In this document: one piece after another, positions 46,636-56,280 of the stretch
How positions within the stretch are numbered: the first letter of the stretch is position 1
Layout: every line of letters starts with the position of its first letter
Source: Desulfobacteraceae bacterium Eth-SRB1
GTDB taxonomy: Bacteria; Desulfobacterota; Desulfobacteria; Desulfobacterales; ETH-SRB1
Direction of reading: 5' to 3'
Assembly (NCBI GenBank): GCA_004193555.1
Contig: RPGP01000029.1
Location: forward strand, 140,976 to 204,975
Length of the DNA stretch: 64,000 bases
Program-made: the position numbers and the translations under genes
The notes under the pieces: model-generated
Told to the model about the DNA's origin: nothing
Seen by the model: only the letters and a program-made list of their open reading frames with translations
The model's database searches: none

Positions 46636-48852
46636 CTAAAATCCTATATGTTTTCGCCCGCTATGAAATCTCTTAACATCAGCTTCTTCCTGCAATGCCT
46701 GTATCAATGATTGAGGACTAAGCTCTTCAGGGTGATAAAAGAAATTCTTGTCCCGCACAACCTTGAAATCTCCTGGGGCAAGATCAATAATTTTTTTCAA
46801 TGCTTCTTTGGTAGTTTTATTTAGTGAGGAGTTGGTCAGAGGCTCCAGAAGTCTTTGGTAAAATATAACATTGCCGTTCGGTTTGAGGTAATTAAAACCG
46901 ATCTTGTAATTAAATCTGCGTATCGAAGCGTTATCGAGACCTTTCAGTCTGTTTGTCGTGCAGATAAGGATTCCCCTGTATCTTTCCATCTGGGTCAGGA
47001 ATTCATTTGTAAAACTGATTTCCCAGGATCGCTGTGCCTGATCACGGCTGAAAAGTAGAGAATCAACTTCATCTATTATCAAAACAGCCTCTTCCGACTC
47101 GGCTTCTTCAAACGCTTCTTTGATGTTCTGCTCTGTGCCTCCTACAAAGCTATCAAGAATATCGCTGGTTTTCTTGCAGATTAGTTCTTTGTCCAGATTA
47201 CACGCAATATAACGCGCAAGTTCACTCTTGCCGGTTCCAGGAGGGCCAAAGAAGAGAAGATTCATATTTATCCTGCTTTTTCCATCAGATTGCTGAAGGT
47301 AGTTATCGAACTTTTCAAGCTGCTGCATCATGAACTGTATATTCCCTTGAACATTCAATCCTTTCAGGGAATAGTCCTTTTCTACTGTGTCTTTATCCTT
47401 GTGCTTTTTACCATGATTAAGCAGACTTTCATGTGAATCAAGGGTCAGGGTTACGGCTTTATGAAATCTTTTTTTCGATTTTGCGTTTTTTTCAACAGCT
47501 TTTTTCACTGCTATGTCCATAGCACCGGCGCTGACCTTATAATGTCCGGCAAGATTCGTAATATCAGCATTTGACAAGAAATGTTCGGCCATGTTGTTTT
47601 TCAACACAGAGTCCCAGAGACGGATGCGCTGTTTCCGGTTAAATGGTTTGAAGCAAAGGCTATAGGCAAAACGTCTCAAAACCGATTGCTCAACGCCATC
47701 TATCGAGTTTGTAATCCATATCATTCTTGTTCCCGGTTCTTCAAGTATCTGGTTGAGCCAGCCCTTATCCTGAGTTTCGCCCCTCATAAACCACGAAAAA
47801 TATGTGTTCAGAATATTATCCGCTTCATCGATTAGAATAAGGGAACCTTTCTCTGAATTTGTCATGTTGAGAGATGCTATAATCGCGGCTCGCCTCTGGC
47901 TGGTCTTATTGTCATTTCCCCTCACAATTTCATAGGCCGGTATTCTTAATTTTTCGGCCAGCCCATAGGCATAGCTTGTTTTTCCTGTACCCGGCGAGCC
48001 ATAAAGAAGGATATGCGTTGCTGTTTCCGGCTTGTGTTTTAAAAGCTCCAGGATATGTTCGGTTTGTTCCTGCTCAACAAAATGATACTCAAGCGGCACG
48101 GTATTAGGCGGCATTTTGGAGAAAAAAGTTTTTGTAAATGAGCGGGTTGAGGAATTCTGGATTAAACTTATAAGGTCATCTGTAATGCTCAAATCAAAGC
48201 CGCTTATTTCCAGCAAACCTGTTCTTGCAAGAGTTCCTTCTAATATCTTGTTGAATTCCCTTTGAGTCAAATTCAGGATATTGACCAAATTTTTTCTTCC
48301 CGCAAATTCGTCGCATTTTAAGTGGTAAGTGAAAAAATCGCGGGGAATTTCGTAACCTGCGGTTATAAAGAGGAATAAACTAAACTCAACCTCCTGATCT
48401 GTAAGATCAAACATTTTTTTAATTGCAGTTATGGTTTTTTCTATGTCAGATTTACCACTGTACTGAAACTTTTTGAGATTCTGCTCCAACAGGTGAAAGA
48501 TAAAATGTTTGAATTTGTGGAGGTAACCTGTTTTGACCTTTGCCAGCATGCGGGCAGCAAGATCGGGATACTCTTCGGGATCAAGCCCGCATTCGGAAAG
48601 CTCTTCTTTAAATCTCATTTTCCGGGAATCATCTAACAAATCTAAAATATATTCGTTTACCCTTGTCATTTCACCTCTCAAAGTATAGCAGAGTATCTTC
48701 ATGGTTTCCTCATCCAGGGTAAAATAGCGGTCTAAGTGTTGCCGCAGATATAAAGCGCACTTTTTCAAGGCAAAGCATTCGTTTTTATCAAGGGTTGCTT
48801 TGACATCCGTTAGCATTTGCTTTTTTCTTCGATGTTTTTTAGGCGTGACCAA
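46636..48852 (-). CDS. Protein with two classical AAA+ ATPase modules (738 aa) and an unassigned 270-aa N-terminal region
   Basis: Walker A GSPGTGKT and GPPGTGKS; Walker B LILIDEAD and VLIIDEVD; the second region shows arginine fingers SIRRF. Confidence 0.8.
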   Translation of the reverse strand: MVTPKKHRRKKQMLTDVKATLDKNECFALKKCALYLRQHLDRYFTLDEETMKILCYTLRGEMTRVNEYILDLLDDSRKMRFKEELSECGLDPEEYPDLAARMLAKVKTGYLHKFKHFIFHLLEQNLKKFQYSGKSDIEKTITAIKKMFDLTDQEVEFSLFLFITAGYEIPRDFFTYHLKCDEFAGRKNLVNILNLTQREFNKILEGTLARTGLLEISGFDLSITDDLISLIQNSSTRSFTKTFFSKMPPNTVPLEYHFVEQEQTEHILELLKHKPETATHILLYGSPGTGKTSYAYGLAEKLRIPAYEIVRGNDNKTSQRRAAIIASLNMTNSEKGSLILIDEADNILNTYFSWFMRGETQDKGWLNQILEEPGTRMIWITNSIDGVEQSVLRRFAYSLCFKPFNRKQRIRLWDSVLKNNMAEHFLSNADITNLAGHYKVSAGAMDIAVKKAVEKNAKSKKRFHKAVTLTLDSHESLLNHGKKHKDKDTVEKDYSLKGLNVQGNIQFMMQQLEKFDNYLQQSDGKSRINMNLLFFGPPGTGKSELARYIACNLDKELICKKTSDILDSFVGGTEQNIKEAFEEAESEEAVLIIDEVDSLLFSRDQAQRSWEISFTNEFLTQMERYRGILICTTNRLKGLDNASIRRFNYKIGFNYLKPNGNVIFYQRLLEPLTNSSLNKTTKEALKKIIDLAPGDFKVVRDKNFFYHPEELSPQSLIQALQEEADVKRFHSGRKHIGF

Positions 48853-48858
48853 TCTCCA

Positions 48859-49013
48859 ATAATTCTAATTATAGCCTGTTATTCACCACGAAGCACACGA
48901 AGAACGCGAAGTATAGATTTTACTATTTTCTTATTTCTTCGTGATTTTCGTGTGCTTCGTGGTATTCCATGTCTTTTGATTCGCAAAAATTATTCCATAA
49001 TTAGAATTGCTGG
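48859..49013. repeat. Nested palindromic word-repeat element (cacgaag words; aattctaatt outer arms)
   Basis: caccacgaagcacacgaagaacgcgaag ... cttcgtgattttcgtgtgcttcgtggt. Outer arms ataattctaattatagc / ccataattagaattgctgg. Confidence 0.75.
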
Positions 49014-49102
49014 AACAATCTCCTTTTAACTTGTTTTTTCATATTATAACAGGTTAGTGTTCCATATTGCGGAATGGAAATCCTTTTTTCTGGAGGTGTT
49101 TT

Positions 49103-50110
49103 ATGCCTAAAAAATTAAGCCCTTATATGAGTTATGGTGAAAAACTGATCAGCCTGTTCGCAAGCCTTATGTTTTCAGGAAAAAACCATTCACTCACCAA
49201 TCTTTCTAAAATGCTCCAGTGTTCAAAACAGACAGTATTACGATTGGTAAACGATATACGAAAGTCGTATGGCGTAGATATTGAGGAGAGCATGCAGGGA
49301 AACAAAAGATATTACCGGATAAAAAAGCCGCGACAGATGCTCCCTGCCATAAATCTTACAGAAACCGAGATGAACGTTCTGAGGATGTGCAAAGCCTTTT
49401 CAGAGCATTTATTGGGCAAAGAGCTTTTTAAAGAGGCAACACGGGCGCTTGAGAAAAGTCAGGCGCTTCTCCCGAAAGATAAAGCGCTGTCGTCATATTC
49501 TTTTGCCTCATTTAGCCCCGGAAGCATCGACTACACTCCTTATCAGGAAAGCATTCGCATGCTGTTGGAAGCAATGGAGAAAAAAAGGATATGCAAAATC
49601 AATTACAGAGCCATTATGTCAGAAAAGCTAAAGACCTTTTACATAAAACCGCTCAAGATTTTTTCACATCATGACACAATCTACCTCCACGCGGGTATGG
49701 CGAGAAAACCCGGAAAAACTTACAAAGAACCCGATTTTGATCCCTTATTAGCAATGCACAGAATCAAAAATGTTGAACTGACGGAAAGGATGTTCAAATT
49801 CCCCAAAAAATATGACTTTGAGAAAATCTTTAACCAGGATTTCGGAATCATAAAAGAGGATTCCTTCAAGGCAGAGGTGGAATTCACTGGCTGGTCAGCC
49901 AGATACGTATCCGAGAGAATATGGAGTCCTGATCAGAAGATCATTAAAAAAGCCGATGGAAAAATAAGACTCATCTTCAGCGCTTCATCTGAATACGAGC
50001 TAAAAGGATGGGCGCTTTCTTTTGCCGATGAGGCAAGAGTGGTTAAGCCGAAGTGGCTGGTGGAAAAAGTAAGTCAGACCATCAAGAGGATGAAAAAGGT
50101 GTATTCGTAA
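49103..50110 (+). CDS. WYL-domain (YafY-like) transcriptional regulator
   Basis: N-terminal HTH (LTNLSKMLQCSKQTVLRLVNDI), WYL region (ICKINYRA...KTFYIKPLKIFSHHDTIYLHAG) and a C-terminal WCX-like region. RBS ggaggtg. Confidence 0.8.
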   Translation: MPKKLSPYMSYGEKLISLFASLMFSGKNHSLTNLSKMLQCSKQTVLRLVNDIRKSYGVDIEESMQGNKRYYRIKKPRQMLPAINLTETEMNVLRMCKAFSEHLLGKELFKEATRALEKSQALLPKDKALSSYSFASFSPGSIDYTPYQESIRMLLEAMEKKRICKINYRAIMSEKLKTFYIKPLKIFSHHDTIYLHAGMARKPGKTYKEPDFDPLLAMHRIKNVELTERMFKFPKKYDFEKIFNQDFGIIKEDSFKAEVEFTGWSARYVSERIWSPDQKIIKKADGKIRLIFSASSEYELKGWALSFADEARVVKPKWLVEKVSQTIKRMKKVYS

Positions 50111-50237
50111 TCAATTATAAATCAACCTGCATAACTTTGTATTTGACGTGGCTGCGCAGCTTAATGGATAAAAACCTTGGCATTGTTCAACCAGATAAAC
50201 GGCCGAACCTTCAAGGCCAGGGAGGAGCCGAAAGTAG

Positions 50238-50585
50238 TTACCTGTTTCTTGCAGCTTTTTGCAGGATATCGACAACAGCATTTACGATATTGTTGAATGC
50301 AATTGCATTGAGCCTGCCGACTTCACGTTCTATCAAGGAACTATTGGCGGTGAAAAGCTTGGTTGGTCTTGCATAGCTCAACCTTTGCAAGGTTCCTGTT
50401 TCGAAATCGTCATCAGTAATCTGAATGGCTTCTGGATCAGCATAGGGATTGCTGGTCACTTGGCAAAGGATCCAATCATCTCGACCAACAGAAGCAATAG
50501 CCACTGCAGGACGCAGCTTTGAGGAAGAAAGATCTGAAAAAGGGAATCTGACGAGTACTATTGAACTTTCTGAAGGTGAGACCAT
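50238..50585 (-). CDS. PemK/MazF-family toxin
   Basis: IVLVRFPFSDLSSSKLRPAVAIA...ILCQVTS...ARPTKLFT pattern. Confidence 0.75.
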   Translation of the reverse strand: MVSPSESSIVLVRFPFSDLSSSKLRPAVAIASVGRDDWILCQVTSNPYADPEAIQITDDDFETGTLQRLSYARPTKLFTANSSLIEREVGRLNAIAFNNIVNAVVDILQKAARNR

Positions 50586-50773
50586 GCTTCCTCCTCCTCT
50601 GGACGATTCCAGTCAGAAAGAGCTGCCTCGCTTAGGAGGGCTGTTTCACTGATAAATTTCGATTTTTCATCAAGAATCGTAACTATCGCTCGACAAGGCG
50701 AACTCAGGTGAATAGGTTTCTGAAGGCGAACTTTCCCATTTTTTTCGATAATTGCTTCTACGGCTGTGAGCAT
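50558..50773 (-). CDS. DUF104-like antitoxin
   Basis: VEAIIEKNGKVRLQKPIHL...AIVTIL resembles AF2212/DUF104 antitoxins. Sits upstream of, and overlaps, the MazF-like gene. Confidence 0.55.
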   Translation of the reverse strand: MLTAVEAIIEKNGKVRLQKPIHLSSPCRAIVTILDEKSKFISETALLSEAALSDWNRPEEEEAWSHLQKVQ

Positions 50774-50856
50774 AACTTTTTTCCTCCTTATAATTAATAT
50801 AATTTTACCATTCCAATGAGGCTATTGCAACGAAATTATCCTCATTCGTTTTTATC

Positions 50857-51067
50857 AGCCGAATACGTGGCCGAGAGAATATGAAGTCCTGATCAAAAGA
50901 TCATTAAAAAAGCTGATAGAAAAATAAGACTTATCTTCAGTTCTTCATCCGAGTACGAGCTAAAAGGATGGGCGCTTTCCTTTGCAGATGAGGCAAGAGT
51001 GCTTAAGCCAAAGTGGTTGGTGAAAAAGTAACTCAGACCATTCAAGAAGATGGAAAAGGTGTATTCT
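50857..51067 (+). pseudogene. Duplicated 3' fragment (about 210 nt) of the WYL regulator gene, copy 2
   Basis: Aligns by eye to 49905-50108 with scattered substitutions and indels. Confidence 0.8.
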
Positions 51068-51095
51068 GCAAAGAATTTGAAGAAGGTAAAAATTA

Positions 51096-51866
51096 ATGGC
51101 TGAGAATAAAATTGTTAATGCTGACAAGCTCCAAGGTCTTATTTATACCATTCGGGGTGTTCAAGTAATGTATGATAGTGATTTAGCTGAGTTGTATGGC
51201 GTGGAAATAAAAAGGCTTAATGAACAAGTAAAAAGAAACAGGGAAAGATTCCCTGAAGAGTTTATGTTTCAACTCACTGATGAAGAGTTTGCATCTCTAT
51301 GGTCGCAAAATGCGACCTTAGAAACCGGCATGCGTAAATTCATTACGACAAATGCTCAGATTTTTCACAGGCTTGATGCAGTGGAACAAAAGCAGCTTGA
51401 GCACAAAGCTGAAACAGATAAAAAATTTGACCGGATATTTAACGCCATAGAATCAAAAGAAATCACACCGAAGCAAGGGGTCTTTTTTGACGGACAGATT
51501 TTTGATGCCTATAAATTTGTTTCTGATCTTATCAGAACAGCGAAAAAATCGATCATTATTATTGATAATTATATTGACGATTCAGTTCTGCTGTTGCTTG
51601 CAAAAAGAAAAAAGAGTGTAACGGTTCAAATCTTTACAAAAACAATTTCAAAGCAGATGGCTCTGGATGTGAAGAAATATAATTCTCAATATCTGCCTGT
51701 GGAAATAAAAAAGTTTAAATACGCGCATGACAGGTTCATTATAATAGATGACAAAGAGGTTTTTCATTTTGGGGCATCATTAAAAGATCTTGGAAAAAAA
51801 TGGTTTGCCTTCTCAAAGCTTGAAAAAGACGCCTTCAGGCTTATGGAAAGGCTGAAGGGGAAATGA
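51096..51866 (+). CDS. ORF6N-domain protein
   Basis: IYTIRGVQVMYDSDLAELYGVEIKRLNEQVKRNRERFPEEFMFQLTDEE. Confidence 0.8.
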   Translation: MAENKIVNADKLQGLIYTIRGVQVMYDSDLAELYGVEIKRLNEQVKRNRERFPEEFMFQLTDEEFASLWSQNATLETGMRKFITTNAQIFHRLDAVEQKQLEHKAETDKKFDRIFNAIESKEITPKQGVFFDGQIFDAYKFVSDLIRTAKKSIIIIDNYIDDSVLLLLAKRKKSVTVQIFTKTISKQMALDVKKYNSQYLPVEIKKFKYAHDRFIIIDDKEVFHFGASLKDLGKKWFAFSKLEKDAFRLMERLKGK

Positions 51867-51870
51867 ATAA

Positions 51871-52116
51871 CGGAAAATTGATAATTATAAAGTCAGGATC
51901 AATATCAGCCTGCTTCAAACCGAGGATCTTTTCAAAAGCCAAAATTATCAGTTTGAGCCGCTGAGCTTTGAGATTCTTAAAACAGCTTTCGAAATCGACG
52001 ACACCCCCGAGTTGCACGACCGGCTTATTGCCGCAACTGCCAGATATCTTGACTTGCCAATTATTACCAATGATCCCGTGATCCTGGATTCCAGGTTTGT
52101 TGAAGTTATGAAATGA
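51871..52116 (+). pseudogene. vapC: vapC (PIN) 3' fragment, no start codon
   Basis: Open frame ...FEPLSFEILKTAFEIDDTPELHDRLIAATARYLDLPIITNDPVILDS...*. Confidence 0.65.
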
Positions 52117-52249
52117 TTTTAAAATGAACTGTCAATGGACAATAATTTTGACCCACTACCGGACAATAAAACTGACCCACCCCCTGCACTTAGTTTAAAT
52201 TGATTTTTTGTTTGAGCCGATAGCTTTCTCCACCCATCATAAAAATATG

Positions 52250-53409
52250 TGTTGGACGAAGTACGTCTTTGCATGGATTGAGAATCAAATTAATGGGGCG
52301 AGAGTGCAACATTCCAAGGCTGACGCTAAATCCCAAGAGGGACATCTACAGGGAATTATTAAAGACAATTCTGCATTAGAGGCTTATAAAGAGATGCTGA
52401 AACATGAAGCGTTTTGGAAGAATGGAAATTTTTTTAAAATTAAAGGAATAATCAACATTATAGAACAAAACCAGCTTTGCTTAATGCCGTGGGCCCGGAA
52501 TTTCAGATAAAAATTAGTCACAGGCGGGTAAAAGGGTGGATATCACCATGTTTGGAGTGGGGCTAATGAACTATCCATTTTATCGAGAATAAGTTTGGTA
52601 GTTTGGAAGGTGAAGACCAAACAGAATATTTCAAAAATTAGAAAAGTGGATTAAAAAATCCAGGATCACTTACCGGCTACTATATTTCTTGATTATAATA
52701 AAGGGGAACAAAGCTAAGAGCAAAGATTGGATCAGTCTAAATTACGATTGGTTGCAGAATGCCTTGAAACAACTCATTGACCGTGATGCCTATACCTACT
52801 TTTAGTGTTAGTATGTTTTGAAAGGATACTATGAGTATCTGAGCGATGATCGCTCGCTTCAATCCACCCATAGCGGTCCCAGAAAAGCATTTGGCTACGA
52901 GGTATCAAGGGTATGAGGGAAAACATAAAATGGCAAAACAAACACTGAACGATTGCTATTGGATGAAGACAAAAAATTGAGGATAAAGCTGCCTACTTGC
53001 TATATTGGCAGCCCATCGTTTTTTCTGGGGTTTATTCGACTATACTGGTTGGGAATATATTGGCGAACGGTGGAACGAACGATTGGAGTAAATATTTCCG
53101 AATACGTTGATTCTGGAAGATTGGTTTGTATTCATAAGAAGTCTTGAGTCGTTATTATAAAGATAATGACGAATGGGGCATTCAACTTCCGTGAATAAGA
53201 ATTAGCGGCATCAACTACCCCATATCTTATTTTCAAGCGGGATGAATTTAAGGAGAATATGCCAAAAGAGAAGTTTTGCAAAGGCCAAAATTTAGATGAA
53301 GTTAAAAATTATTGTCACAATCATGAAAGATTGTCAAATGATGACATACATTGTTAAAGGGCTTGCAAAGTATGTGTATAAGATGGTAAAAACATTGGAT
53401 CCTCATTAA
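52250..53409 (+). pseudogene. Decayed, inverted paralogue of the PD-(D/E)XK nuclease gene at 54974-56263
   Basis: Recognisable blocks (EGHLQG, DITMFG..NELSI, EGEDQT.EYFK, SLNYDWLQNALKQLIDRDA, IVKGLAKYVYKMVK) interrupted by stops and frameshifts. Confidence 0.8.
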
Positions 53410-53487
53410 CAACAAGTTTGTCATTTCAACCGGAAACAATTCTTCGTCGCTTGCTCCTCAAGAATAACAACTTGCGCTGTAGTGTTC

Positions 53488-53654
53488 CCATATTACCCTT
53501 GTATAAATTTCTTGCATCCCTGCCTACTGTTTCCTCCATCTCCACCAGCCACTTTGGCTAACCACTCTTGCCTCATCTGCAAGACAGCACCCATCCTTTT
53601 AGCTCGTATTTAGATGAAGCGCTGAAGATAAGTCTTATTTTTCCATCAGCTTTT
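53488..53654 (-). pseudogene. WYL-gene 3' fragment, copy 3 (inverted)
   Basis: Reverse complement matches copy 4 (54717-54890). Confidence 0.75.
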
Positions 53655-54716
53655 AATCCACAGATTTCGCAGATTACAGATTACTATAATCGCGAGTGCG
53701 GGGATCATGTCATAACCTAAATGCAAAATCTGTAATTGAAGTTAATTTCCATATGACGATAGAGTAAAACACTTATTTTTGATACCCGCTGTTTGCGGCG
53801 GGGTAGTTCGACCAGCGGTCATAATGACCCAGTAGCGAACAATAAAACTGAGTACCAAACAAATTGAACGGCATAATGAAGTATTTGTATTATGAATTAA
53901 TATGTTGCTTAAAGTTCCTCATTATTTTCAATAAGGAACAGATGAGATTGGAATGTGATTCATAAGATTAAATTGCTCTATGATGATGGCAGCGAAGTCA
54001 TTCTATCCGTGCCATTTGCTAATGAACTTCGGGTATCGGGGGTACAATCCGAGATACCTGCAATGAAATGAGGGGAAGAGATCACCTGAATATCTTAAAA
54101 CAGGCGGACGAAGAACTCGATAAATATAAAAAGTATATTATCTCCCTGCTTGAAAATATGAGAAAATTATCTGCTGTTAAAATCAAAACTTAAAGCCAAG
54201 GATAGTTTTAACTGTCTCTAACAAGGTCTGTAAGGCGCTACGTAAAACAGAATCAGGCAAACCTTAGCCGTGAAACCCAGAAACATATTATGAAGACCTA
54301 TTATAGATATGGTTCAGGAGTTCAGTGCCAGGTGAATCGGAATCAGGAATATTCCTGTTGGCGATAAATTTATCACTGTCTATTTGTAGTATTTGTTCTC
54401 TTTTCGACAAATATGAGGAACTTTAAGCAACATATTAATTATAATACAAATACTTATTATGCTGCCTGTAAAAGTTAATTGTTTGAGGTGGGTCAGTTTT
54501 ATTGTCCGCTACTGGGTCATTATAAATGACCGCTAACAATGAACTACCCCGCCGCAAACAGCGGGGGTATCAAAATAAGTGTTTTAATATTTCCTATCGC
54601 CGCAAGTAGCGGGAAATTAACCACTACAGATTTTGCATTTAGGGGGTTATGACATATGATCCCCTCGCACTTCAAGTGATTATAGTAATCTGTGTAATCT
54701 GCGAAATCTGTGGATT

Positions 54717-54890
54717 AAAAAAGCTGATGGAAAAATAAGACTTATCTTCAGCGCTTCATCTAAATACGAGCTAAAAGGATGGGTGCTGTCTTTTGCAGAT
54801 GAGGCAAGAGTGGTTAAGCCAAAGTGGCTGGTGGAGGAGATGGAGGAAACAGTAGGCAGGATGCAAGAAATTTATACAAGGGTAATATAA
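54717..54890 (+). pseudogene. WYL-gene 3' fragment, copy 4, with an alternative C-terminus
   Basis: KKADGKIRLIFSASSKYELKGWVLSFADEARVVKPKWLVEEMEETVGRMQEIYTRVI*. The first roughly 125 nt are close to 49935-50060. Confidence 0.75.
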
Positions 54891-54973
54891 CACTACAGCG
54901 CAAGTTGTTATTCTGAGGAGCAAAGCGACGAAGAATCTGTTTTCCGGGTTGAAATGACAAACTTGCTGTAGGG

Positions 54974-56263
54974 CTATTTGTTATCGAGGGATCCAATGTT
55001 TTTTACCATCTTTTTATACATACTTGCAAGCTCCTTAACAATGGCGTCATCATTTGCGACAATCTTTTTCTTTATGATTGTGACACAATTCTTTAACTTC
55101 ATCTTACCTCCCATGGCCTTTGCAAAACTTTCAAGTTTTTTGGCATATTCTTCCTTAAATTCATCCCGCTTGAAAATAAGATATAAGTAGTTGATGCCGC
55201 TGGGTTCTTGGTCTACGGAAAGTTGAATGCCCCATTCGTCATTATCTTTTTTATAATAACGACTCCAAGACTTCTTATGAATACAAAACCACCTTTTTCC
55301 AGAATCGTATTCGAAATATTTATTTCCAATCGTTCGTTCCAATCGTTCGCCAATATATTCCCAACCAGTATAGTCGAATAAACCCCAGAAAAACGATGGG
55401 TGCTGCCAATATAGCAAGTATAGCTTATCCTCAATTTTTTTTGGTTCATCCAATAGCAATCGTTCAGTAGTTTGTTTTGCTAATTCATTTTTATGTTTTC
55501 TCATAAATTTCAAGAGATTTTGATGCTTACGAGCAATTGCAGCCAAATGCTTTTCTGGACCGCTATGGTAAGGATTTGAAGAGCGATCATCGCTCAGATA
55601 CTCATAGTATCCTTTCAAAACATACTCAACACTAGCAGGTATAGCATCACGGTCAATGAGTTGCTTCAAGGCATTCTGCAACCAATCGTAATTTAGACTG
55701 ATCCAATCTTTGCTCTTAGCTTTGTTCTCATTATAATCAAGAAATATATATAGCCGGTAAGGATCCCTGGATTTTAATAATTCTTCTAATTTTTTGAAAT
55801 ATTCTAAGGTTTGGTCTTCACCTTCCAAACTACCAAACTTATTCTCGATAAAAATGGATAGTTCATTAGCCCCATCAAACATGGTGATATCCACCCTTTT
55901 ACCCGCCTGTGACTCACTTATCTGAAATTCCGGCCATACCACGGCATTAGCAAAGCTGGTTTGTTCTATATCAAAGACATTCCACTCTTTAAAAAATGCA
56001 TTCTTCTCTAAAACGCTTATGTTTTCAGCATCTTTATAAGTTTCTAATGCAGTGCGAATTAAGGCCTTAATAAAATAATCTCCCTGTAGATGTCCCTCTC
56101 TGGGATTTAGCAGCCATGCAAGTATTCTGGAATGTTGCACTTCGCCCGGTTCTATTAACGTAAATGGATTTCTTTCTTTTCCCCAATCCATGCAAAGACG
56201 TACTTCTTCGTCTAACAGAAAGTTTTCTATTTCCTTTGTGCTAATTTTCTTAGCTTTTTTCAT
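54974..56263 (-). CDS. PD-(D/E)XK-superfamily nuclease-like protein (429 aa)
   Basis: HSRILAWLLNPREGH...RVDITMF...LSIFIENKFGS (D...E-x-K core). Confidence 0.65.
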   Translation of the reverse strand: MKKAKKISTKEIENFLLDEEVRLCMDWGKERNPFTLIEPGEVQHSRILAWLLNPREGHLQGDYFIKALIRTALETYKDAENISVLEKNAFFKEWNVFDIEQTSFANAVVWPEFQISESQAGKRVDITMFDGANELSIFIENKFGSLEGEDQTLEYFKKLEELLKSRDPYRLYIFLDYNENKAKSKDWISLNYDWLQNALKQLIDRDAIPASVEYVLKGYYEYLSDDRSSNPYHSGPEKHLAAIARKHQNLLKFMRKHKNELAKQTTERLLLDEPKKIEDKLYLLYWQHPSFFWGLFDYTGWEYIGERLERTIGNKYFEYDSGKRWFCIHKKSWSRYYKKDNDEWGIQLSVDQEPSGINYLYLIFKRDEFKEEYAKKLESFAKAMGGKMKLKNCVTIIKKKIVANDDAIVKELASMYKKMVKNIGSLDNK

Positions 56264-56280
56264 AAACTGCCCCCATTAAT

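Noticed and set aside
52208-53147. ORFs 52208-52510 and 52953-53147 as independent small genes.
   Set aside because: They are in-frame islands of the decayed PD-(D/E)XK paralogue (pseudogene 52250-53409).
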